Of a DNA stretch of 12,449 nt, positions 1 to 7,143 are shown in pieces; the first letter of the stretch is position 1, and the number at the start of each line of letters is the position of its first letter. Under the pieces are notes generated by a model. It ran no database searches and was not told where the DNA came from. It saw only the letters and a list, made by a program, of their open reading frames with translations. Position numbers and translations under genes: made by a program. The DNA comes from Nanopusillaceae archaeon (GTDB lineage Archaea > Nanobdellota > Nanobdellia > Nanobdellales > Nanobdellaceae): positions 1,895 through 14,343 of the forward strand of contig JAVYNJ010000014.1 in assembly GCA_038735675.1 (NCBI GenBank). Reading direction: 5' to 3'.

Positions 1-1
1 T

Positions 2-532
2 AAATTAACAAAAAATATTGCTTTAAGAGTAGAATCTATAGAAAATTTTAGAAAATGGATTGATCAAAAAAAGAGATGGCTTTCTGGAGGAGTAGATTGG
101 TTTTTAAATCACGTTAGAACTATAATAAGTTTTGTATCTAGAGAACCAATTTTTATAGCAATCTTTTTATTATTAAATCCATCTATAATATATTCTATTT
201 CTGCTTTAATTATTCCTTACTTTTTTATTTATTCTATTTCAAGATCTATATATGCAAGTTTGATAAATAGAATATCTTTTATATATTTATTTACGATTTC
301 CATAGAAACAATATCTAAGATAATGTCTTATTTCATTTATGTGTTGTTTTTGTTTGCATTTATATCATTTTTGATTTTTTTGTCATTTTTATACAGAAAA
401 AAATTAGGAAATCCGCTATATATATTGGCTTTTGTAATATTTTATTCTAGCATACAATCTATACTTTTAATCTATATTATAGTTTATTATCTATTATTTG
501 AAGGCTATCCTAAATTTAATTGGAAAATATGA
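2..532 (+). CDS. Glycosyltransferase family 2 (processive, cellulose/chitin-synthase-like), C-terminal fragment; 5' end lies outside the window
   Basis: Frame 2 is open from nt 2 to TGA 530-532, so the 90-aa track ORF (260..532, TTG start) is only its tail. The translation contains WIDQKKRWLSGG, which carries the Q-x-x-R-W motif of processive GT2 enzymes. Several strongly hydrophobic, TM-like segments follow. Confidence 0.6.
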   Translation, partial: KLTKNIALRVESIENFRKWIDQKKRWLSGGVDWFLNHVRTIISFVSREPIFIAIFLLLNPSIIYSISALIIPYFFIYSISRSIYASLINRISFIYLFTISIETISKIMSYFIYVLFLFAFISFLIFLSFLYRKKLGNPLYILAFVIFYSSIQSILLIYIIVYYLLFEGYPKFNWKI

Positions 533-1518
533 AAATATATTTTTTAGGAACTTCTGGAACCTTTCCAACACAAAAAAGATCACATCCTTCTATATATTTA
601 GAATATAGAGGAATAGGTATGCTTTTTGATTGTGGAGAGGGAACTCAAAGACAGATGAGAATTGCAAAATTAAAACCAACTAAAATAAGATACATATTCA
701 TAACGCACTGGCATGGAGACCATATACTAGGATTGCCAGGTTTAATTTTTAGTATGATAAATATGCAAAATAACAGAAATGTCACTATATTTCTTCCTAA
801 AGGTTATAGAAGAAATTTAGAAAATATTTTTGAGGGATTTGAAATTGATCCAACATTTGAAATTGATATTGTAGAAATTTCTGAAGGAAAAGTTTTAGAT
901 ACTCCCGAATTTGAGATATATTCAAAAAGAGTAAAACATACTATAGATACATATGCCTTTAGCTTTAAACAAAAAGATTATATAAAAATAGATGAAAAAA
1001 AAGCTAAAGAAATTGGAGTATTCAATAACAAAAATATATTAAAAGAAATAAAAAACGGACGTACAGTTAATTTTAATAATAACATAATAACGTATGATAA
1101 GATAGGTTATATAAAAAAAGGTTTAAAATTTACATATATAACCGATACTTTATTTTTTGAGGATTTAATTAATTTTTCCAGAGAATCTGATATTTTAGTT
1201 ACAGAATCCTACTATTTTTTTGAGCCAAATTTGGCAAAGGAACATTATCATCTCGATTTTTACGATGTTAAATATCTTTTTGAGAAAAGTAATAGTAGAT
1301 TACTATTTATTATGCATTTTAGTCAAAGATACGAAAAAGAAATAGAATTATTAAAGCAAAAAATAGAAGCAGAAAATAGAAATATATTTTTTTTAGAAGA
1401 TCAAAGCTATATAGAATATTATAAAAATATTCTAAAAATTAATATAGGCAAAAAGAAATTGGAATTTACCAGAGATGAAAAAACTGGAGAAATAAGATTA
1501 ATCTCTAGCCAATTTTAG
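529..1518 (+). CDS. rnz: Ribonuclease Z (tRNA 3' endonuclease, metallo-beta-lactamase fold)
   Basis: The N-terminus MKIYFLGTSGTFPT, the HxHxDH signature ITHWHGDHILGLPGL, and later KHT, YITDT, EHYH and MHFSQRY blocks match RNase Z motifs. ATG 529 overlaps the upstream stop (ATGA). The track start at 520 is TTG and less likely. About 30 aa of C-terminal tail lie beyond the last motif. Confidence 0.9.
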   Translation: MKIYFLGTSGTFPTQKRSHPSIYLEYRGIGMLFDCGEGTQRQMRIAKLKPTKIRYIFITHWHGDHILGLPGLIFSMINMQNNRNVTIFLPKGYRRNLENIFEGFEIDPTFEIDIVEISEGKVLDTPEFEIYSKRVKHTIDTYAFSFKQKDYIKIDEKKAKEIGVFNNKNILKEIKNGRTVNFNNNIITYDKIGYIKKGLKFTYITDTLFFEDLINFSRESDILVTESYYFFEPNLAKEHYHLDFYDVKYLFEKSNSRLLFIMHFSQRYEKEIELLKQKIEAENRNIFFLEDQSYIEYYKNILKINIGKKKLEFTRDEKTGEIRLISSQF

Positions 1519-1887
1519 TAATTCTTCTTGTATCCTTTTTAGTTCTTCTTCTATTTTATTTAATTCTTCTTTAATATAATCTTTTTTTGGCTCTTCTATA
1601 TTTTCAGAAGATTGCTTTTTCTTATATTTTTTAGATTTCTCGTTTTTTTCTTCTTCAAGTTTTTCTATCTCTTCCTTTGAGGGTAATATCGATATTAAAT
1701 TATCTATTATTTCCGTTGCTTCTCCTATCTTAACTAATACTCTATTAAACTTTTCTTCTTCTTTTTCCTTTTTTGTAATATCTTCAATAATAGAATGTAA
1801 ATCGAGATATATATTTTTCTTTACTTCTAATAATTCCTTCTTTACCTTCGGATATTCTTTTATTTTCACATATAAAGTGTCCATCAT
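1498..1887 (-). CDS. Hypothetical E/K-rich coiled-coil protein (129 aa)
   Basis: A long stop-free ORF in very AT-rich DNA with a purine-rich coding strand, like its neighbours. Heptad-like E/K/I/L composition. The N-terminal module YVKIKEYPKV...IGEATEIIDNL resembles the C-terminus of the 150-aa ORF upstream. No family recognised. Confidence 0.6.
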   Translation of the reverse strand: MMDTLYVKIKEYPKVKKELLEVKKNIYLDLHSIIEDITKKEKEEEKFNRVLVKIGEATEIIDNLISILPSKEEIEKLEEEKNEKSKKYKKKQSSENIEEPKKDYIKEELNKIEEELKRIQEELLKLARD

Positions 1888-1900
1888 TTTATTTTTTGAA

Positions 1901-1971
1901 TGCGCCGGCCGGGATTTGAACCCGGGTCTCGGGCTAGGCAGGCCCGCATCCTCCCACTAGACTACCGGCGC
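1901..1971 (-). tRNA. tRNA-Gly (anticodon GCC), 71 nt, no encoded CCA, no intron
   Basis: The reverse complement folds as a cloverleaf: GCGCCGG-TA-GTCT-AGTGGGA-GGAT-G-CGGGC-CUGCCUA-GCCCG-AGAC-CCGGG-TTCAAAT-CCCGG-CCGGCGC-A. It has a 7-bp acceptor stem, a 4-nt variable loop typical of tRNA-Gly and discriminator A. By my count 50 of 71 nt are G+C, in an AT-rich background. Confidence 0.85.
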
Positions 1972-2006
1972 TATTTTTATTTTTTATTTATATTAGATTT
2001 TTAAGC

Positions 2007-2459
2007 CTATTTAAGATTGTCTAATACCTCTCCTATATTATCTTTGGATTGTTCTAATCTCTGTCTTATTTCTTCTAGTTTATTTACTTCATTTTCTTTA
2101 ATACTCTTAATATCATTTATCATATTTTCTATTTCTTTTAATTTTATTTTTAATTTTTCTAATAAATCTAAAACTTTTTTGTAATTATCTAGCTTTACAT
2201 ATATTTCTGGAGATTCTTTTTCTACTGTTGATTTTAAACTCTTTTTTTCATTTTCTATTAAATTTATCTTTTCTTCCTCTTTTTGTAATTGTATCGGTTT
2301 TATTGGCTCAATAGGTAAAGCTTCAGCAGGTTCTTTTAATTCTCTCTCTGTGGGTTTTTCTAAAAACTCACTTTTTATATCTTCTAAATCTTTTAAAAAA
2401 TCCAACTCTTCTTCCTTTTTCTCTTTTTCTTTAGATTTTTTTAAGATACCTAATACCAT
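2007..2459 (-). CDS. Hypothetical E/K/P-rich coiled-coil protein (150 aa)
   Basis: Stop-free 150-codon ORF co-directional with leuS. The N-terminal half is low-complexity and E/K- and P-rich. The C-terminal module EIYVKLDNYKKVLDLLEKLK...IGEVLDNLK resembles the N-terminus of the 129-aa ORF. No family recognised. Confidence 0.6.
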   Translation of the reverse strand: MVLGILKKSKEKEKKEEELDFLKDLEDIKSEFLEKPTERELKEPAEALPIEPIKPIQLQKEEEKINLIENEKKSLKSTVEKESPEIYVKLDNYKKVLDLLEKLKIKLKEIENMINDIKSIKENEVNKLEEIRQRLEQSKDNIGEVLDNLK

Positions 2460-2491
2460 ATAAAATAAGTATTTTTCTATATATAAAAATT

Positions 2492-5347
2492 TTAATCTAT
2501 TATTATTGCTGGCTTTCCTGGTATGGATCTTTTTGATTTCAAATTATTAAGTTCTTCTTCTTTTACTATTCTAACTTTGCATTTAAATTCTTTTTCTAAT
2601 AGAGATTTTAGTTCTTCAATTAATTCTAATTCTTCTTCGTAGCTTAAATGATTTGTAGAAATTAAAGAACTGTTTTTCAGCTTTATTATGTAATCTTGAA
2701 ATTCTTTGTATTTTTTTACTAATTCTTCAATTCTTTCTCCATCTTTAATTAGCTTTAATATTTCATATTTTTCTTTTCTAGCTAATATTATCTTAATTTC
2801 TTGAATTTTCTTTTTATTCAGTATTTCTATAATTTTTATTACATCGTTTCTCAAATTTTTTGCTAATTGTTCTCTTAATTTGAGTAATTCTACAAATTTC
2901 TTATCTAATTCTTTTATATCCGGCCATTTTAGATTTAAAGGATCTTTTCCAATTTTTTCAAATATTTCAGAAATTATATGTGGAATTATTGGATAAAGTG
3001 CCAAGGATTTAAATTCGATATATTCATTTATTATTTCTTTATGAGGAGACTCTACTCTCTTAATATACCAAGAAAATTCGTTATCTATCTCGTATATTTT
3101 GTTTATAATGTTTCTAGTATTTAACTTTTCATATTCACTTTCTATTTCTTTTATAGCCTCGTATAATAAATATCTAAACCAAATATCTGTTTTGTTCATT
3201 TTTCCATCTCTACCAGTATTGTATTTGTTTATACAGAAATCATACCAAGAATTTATGTATTCCTTTACATTTTCGATCTTAGACAATTCTATATTTGCAT
3301 CATCAAGACCGGAATTTCCAGCATATGCAAGTAAAAATCTTATGCAATCTATGCTATACTTTTCGTAAGCATCTTTTATAGATATGTAATTTCCTAAAGA
3401 CTTAGACATTTTCTTTCCTTCCGATAGAACCCATCCATTTATAAGTATTCCTTTTGGCCACAAATCTTTTGTAAATATAGAGCAATGATGAAATATAAAA
3501 AATATAAAATGATTTCCTATTAAATCTTTTCCCGATGTTCTAATATCCAAAGGATACCAATATAAAAATTCTTCTCTCATTTTTTTTGCAATTTTTCCAT
3601 ATTTTTGTATTATTTCTTTTTCATCTCCTTTTCCTAAAAATATATAATCAAATAGATCATATTCAATTTTTTCCGGAGGAATAGTTTTTAATAGGTGAAA
3701 TATAGTATATAGTGCCATATATATTGTAGAATCAGATAGAGATTCCAAGGTCCAGTTTTCATCCCAGGGTAAAGTAGATCCTAATTCTCTCTGATGAGTA
3801 AATGCCCAATCTTTATACCAATCAATATAATCGTGTAGCATTTTCTTAACTTCCTCAGGATATACGAACATTTGATCTACGCACTCATGAGCTTTCTTTT
3901 TCCATTCAGGATCTGAATATCTCAAAAACCATTGATCCTTTACCAATCCAACGATTACTTTATTATTATATCGAGATGGGAATCTTATAGGAACAGTATA
4001 ATGTTTTAATGCAATTCCATTTTTTATTAATTCATTTTCAAATTCATATTTAAACTCTATTATCTTTTTTCCAGAATATTTTCCGTATATTTCTTTTGCA
4101 ATTCCATTATAGAATTCCTTGCTATATATCTTTTTAGTGATTTTAATTAATTTGTCTTTTTCATCTTGAGATTCTATATTTTCTCTTTCTATTTCATCCT
4201 TTGCAGGATATTCAGAATATCCTTCTACTTTAAATAGAGATTTAATATTTTTTAAACAATTTTCAGCAATTTTTTGAAATTTTGGATCTTTTAATAAATC
4301 TATTAAAGCAATATAATCAAATGGAGCATCTGATGGAACAGACATTACAATTCCAGTACCTATTTCTGGATCTAAAAATTTAGCAGGAAGTATTGGAATT
4401 TCCTCCCCGTTTATAGGATTTATGACTTTTTCTCCGATCTCTAAGAAATCTTTAAATAGAGCATCTTTTGGTATTTTTTTAATAATCTCTACTTGATGAT
4501 TTTGGGATTTCAGTTCCTCAATTACTATAGAATCTGGCAAGATCCAGAATTCGGAATCTACCTTTGCAATTACGTAATCTATATCAGGATTTATCCATAT
4601 ATTTGTTACCCCATATATTGTTTCTGCTCTCAAGGTATAACATGGAAAAATTATATGATCTTTTATGTTTACGTCTTTTACATATTTTTTCCAATTTTTC
4701 CAATAAAATTTTATTATTATTCCTTCCTCATAAGATATGCCAGCATATTCATCAGCTCTGTCATGATCGCCTATTATTATTTTCATTTTAGGATCTATAA
4801 TCACCGGATGTTCTCCTTTAGTTATTAGATTTTGTTCTTTTAGTTTGTTATATTGCCATTTTACAAATTTATCATACCAGGGATTTAAATATGTCGTATA
4901 GAATTCTCTTCTCCAATCTATAGAAAACCCAAACTTTTTAAAGTATTCTCTGTTAAGTTGCATAAAATATGTGGCCCAGCCTTCTGGTGTTTTCAACTTT
5001 TCAAAATCAGTTTCAGGAATTTTATCGGTTTTAAGATCTTTTATTATTTTTTGATCGCCTTCTTTTAATCTATAAGCTTTTGAAACTATGGGAGAACCAG
5101 TTAAATGCCATCCTTGTGCCCAAAGTACGTTAAATCCTTTTAATCTTTTATATCTAGCTAAAAAATCTCCTCTTGAAAAAGTATAAGCATTCCCTAAATG
5201 TAATAGGCCAGATACATAAGGATAAGGAACCGTTATAAAAAATTTTGGTTTTTCTTTGTTTATTTCGGAATTATAGCAATTATTTTCTTCCCAAATTTTT
5301 TGCCATTTTTCTTCTATATTTTTAAAAAATTCAAAAGAACTGTTCAT
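2492..5347 (-). CDS. leuS: Leucyl-tRNA synthetase, archaeal/eukaryal type
   Basis: 951 aa. Class I HIGH-type motif (SGLLHLGNAY), KMSKS motif (GKKMSKSLGN) and a CP1 editing-domain block (YTLRAETIYGVTNIWINP). The length and the C-terminal PGKPAIIID are typical of archaeal LeuRS. Confidence 0.95.
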   Translation of the reverse strand: MNSSFEFFKNIEEKWQKIWEENNCYNSEINKEKPKFFITVPYPYVSGLLHLGNAYTFSRGDFLARYKRLKGFNVLWAQGWHLTGSPIVSKAYRLKEGDQKIIKDLKTDKIPETDFEKLKTPEGWATYFMQLNREYFKKFGFSIDWRREFYTTYLNPWYDKFVKWQYNKLKEQNLITKGEHPVIIDPKMKIIIGDHDRADEYAGISYEEGIIIKFYWKNWKKYVKDVNIKDHIIFPCYTLRAETIYGVTNIWINPDIDYVIAKVDSEFWILPDSIVIEELKSQNHQVEIIKKIPKDALFKDFLEIGEKVINPINGEEIPILPAKFLDPEIGTGIVMSVPSDAPFDYIALIDLLKDPKFQKIAENCLKNIKSLFKVEGYSEYPAKDEIERENIESQDEKDKLIKITKKIYSKEFYNGIAKEIYGKYSGKKIIEFKYEFENELIKNGIALKHYTVPIRFPSRYNNKVIVGLVKDQWFLRYSDPEWKKKAHECVDQMFVYPEEVKKMLHDYIDWYKDWAFTHQRELGSTLPWDENWTLESLSDSTIYMALYTIFHLLKTIPPEKIEYDLFDYIFLGKGDEKEIIQKYGKIAKKMREEFLYWYPLDIRTSGKDLIGNHFIFFIFHHCSIFTKDLWPKGILINGWVLSEGKKMSKSLGNYISIKDAYEKYSIDCIRFLLAYAGNSGLDDANIELSKIENVKEYINSWYDFCINKYNTGRDGKMNKTDIWFRYLLYEAIKEIESEYEKLNTRNIINKIYEIDNEFSWYIKRVESPHKEIINEYIEFKSLALYPIIPHIISEIFEKIGKDPLNLKWPDIKELDKKFVELLKLREQLAKNLRNDVIKIIEILNKKKIQEIKIILARKEKYEILKLIKDGERIEELVKKYKEFQDYIIKLKNSSLISTNHLSYEEELELIEELKSLLEKEFKCKVRIVKEEELNNLKSKRSIPGKPAIIID

Positions 5348-5373
5348 ATTTTTAAATTATAAATAGCTCACAT

Positions 5374-5381
5374 TTTTAAAA
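5374..5381. promoter_or_regulatory. Palindromic TATA-like box TTTTAAAA between divergent leuS and rps3ae
   Basis: It is centred about 30 nt from the leuS ATG (5347) and about 28 nt from the rps3ae ATG (5405). This fits an archaeal TATA box about 26 nt upstream of the TSS and leaderless mRNAs. AT-rich background makes chance matches likely. Confidence 0.3.
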
Positions 5382-5404
5382 TTATTTATAATGTATTGTA
5401 TAAA

Positions 5405-5998
5405 ATGGCATATAATAAAAGATATGCTGATTGGTCAAGAAAAATTTGGTTAGAAGTATATGCTCCCCAAAAGGTATTTGGAAATGTCTTATTAGGAGAA
5501 ACCTTAGTAAATCGAGAAGAGGAACAAAAAGCAATAAACAGAACTGTTGATTTAAATTTAGCATTTTTAACAGGAAATTTTAAATATCAAAATTATAAAG
5601 CAATATTTAAGATAGTATCTTTTTCAGGTGAAAAATATTATACTGAACTAAAAGAGTTAGCATTGTATGAAGCTTATGTAAGAAGAATAGTCAGGAAGGG
5701 AACATCTAGAATAGATGAATCTTTTGTTGTTAAAACTTTAGATGGAGTAGATGTTAGAATAAAACCACTTATTATTACAAAACATAAAGCAAATAGAAGA
5801 CAAAAAGCAAGTATAAGAAAAATATGTAAAGAGTTCTTACAAAATAAGGTTCAAAGTCTAGAATTTTATGACTTAATTAATAAAATAATGAATTATGAGA
5901 TTCAAGATGAACTTAAGCCTATATTAAATAAAATCTTTCCAGTTGATAAAGTAGAAATAAGAAGATTAGTAAGAATAGAGGAATTAAAAAAATCCTAA
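5405..5998 (+). CDS. rps3ae: 30S ribosomal protein S3Ae (eS1)
   Basis: RKIWLEVYAPQKVFGNVLLGETLV...LTGNFKYQNYKAIFKIV...RIDESFVVKTLDGVDVRIKPLIIT matches the conserved S3Ae/eS1 N-terminal and core pattern. ATG 5405 (MAYNKR) is preferred over the track's TTG at 5396. Confidence 0.85.
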   Translation: MAYNKRYADWSRKIWLEVYAPQKVFGNVLLGETLVNREEEQKAINRTVDLNLAFLTGNFKYQNYKAIFKIVSFSGEKYYTELKELALYEAYVRRIVRKGTSRIDESFVVKTLDGVDVRIKPLIITKHKANRRQKASIRKICKEFLQNKVQSLEFYDLINKIMNYEIQDELKPILNKIFPVDKVEIRRLVRIEELKKS

Positions 5999-7143
5999 TT
6001 TTTTATTTCTATTAAAAATCCTTTTAGATATTCCAATTCTTTATGTTTATGTATAATTTTATGATCCATTGATTGCCCAAATTTTTTAACAATTTCAAAT
6101 TTTTTATTCTTTCTTCTGATTATATTTTTGATAATTGATAAAAATTTGTCTTCTTTTAAATCCTGAGAACAAGAAAAAGTAATAAGAAATCCCTCATCTA
6201 TCAAATCCACTGCTATTGAATTTATTATTGAAATGTTTTTGATTCCTTTTTTGTATCCATCGCTTAAGAGATCTGGAGGATCCAAAATAACTACATCATA
6301 TTTATTTTTTTCTTTTTTTAAATTTTTTAATACATTATACGCGTTATCCTCGTATATATAAAAGTTTTCAATTTTATTTATCTCTAAATTTTTCTTTAAT
6401 AATTCTATAGCATTTTTGTTTTTTTCTACAAAAATTCTTTCATCAGCGTTTATACATATTCCTAAAGATCCCGAGTAAGAAAAAACATCTAAAACCCTTG
6501 TGGCACTTAAACTGGATAATATTTTTCTATTTTCTCTTTGATCTAAAAACCAACCAGTTTTTTGACCTACAATAACATTTACCAAAAATTCTTTATTACA
6601 TTCTTTAATAACAGTTTTATATTTTTCTCCGTAAATGAATCTTTCTAAAGGTATAAGTCTGGCTATTTCTCTATTTTTACCTATACTTTTTTCGTATATT
6701 GTTATATTTTTTCCCTCGTTTTCTATTATAGATTCTTTGACAATTTCTATATTTTTATCAAAAAAAGGATTTACATTTTGTAGTACGTAAATATCGTTAT
6801 ATTTATCTATTATTAATCCAGAAACAAAATCAGATTCGGAATATATTAATCTAAAATGATTTTCATATCCAATACGCTTTCTAAATTTTTTCGATTCTTT
6901 TATTTTTGTTTTTAAATCATCTATTGGTTCATAATTTTCATTATAGGAAAGAATTCTTAAGTAATGATATGGGTCAAGAGGATTAATAGTTGCCCAAGCA
7001 ACAAAGCTACTTCCATGTAAAATTTTTACTAAATCACCCATTTTTCCGTCTATTTTTTTTATTAAATTAGTAGAAAAAACTTGTCTTCCAGCTTTTATAG
7101 CCCTTCTAATATTTTCATTTACTTTTATTTCTTTAAATTGCAT
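5995..7143 (-). CDS. Class I SAM-dependent RNA methyltransferase with N-terminal PUA-like domain (RlmI/PH1915-like, probable m5C methyltransferase)
   Basis: Carries the GWFLDQRENRK motif, SAM-binding motif I (VLDVFSYSGSLG) and motif IV (DVVILDPP). The N-terminal region is PUA-like (GDLVKILHGSSFVAWATINP). Its start overlaps the upstream protease gene's stop by 11 nt. Confidence 0.8.
   Translation of the reverse strand: MQFKEIKVNENIRRAIKAGRQVFSTNLIKKIDGKMGDLVKILHGSSFVAWATINPLDPYHYLRILSYNENYEPIDDLKTKIKESKKFRKRIGYENHFRLIYSESDFVSGLIIDKYNDIYVLQNVNPFFDKNIEIVKESIIENEGKNITIYEKSIGKNREIARLIPLERFIYGEKYKTVIKECNKEFLVNVIVGQKTGWFLDQRENRKILSSLSATRVLDVFSYSGSLGICINADERIFVEKNKNAIELLKKNLEINKIENFYIYEDNAYNVLKNLKKEKNKYDVVILDPPDLLSDGYKKGIKNISIINSIAVDLIDEGFLITFSCSQDLKEDKFLSIIKNIIRRKNKKFEIVKKFGQSMDHKIIHKHKELEYLKGFLIEIKN

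Noticed and set aside
260-532. Track ORF 260..532 as an independent 90-aa membrane protein
   Set aside because: The same frame is open back to the window edge and contains a GT2 QxxRW motif upstream, and the track start is TTG. It is the tail of a longer, 5'-truncated gene.
3099-4828. Plus-strand ORFs of 89, 111 and 75 aa (3099..3368, 4493..4828, 4564..4791) inside leuS
   Set aside because: They are antisense to a confidently identified LeuRS gene. Their translations are low-complexity F/I/L/Y/S strings typical of the complement of K/E/N-rich coding DNA, and they carry no motifs.
5382-5564. 60-aa minus-strand ORF overlapping the rps3ae 5' region and the promoter spacer
   Set aside because: It is antisense to conserved S3Ae coding sequence, has a hydrophobic low-complexity translation, and would leave no promoter space.
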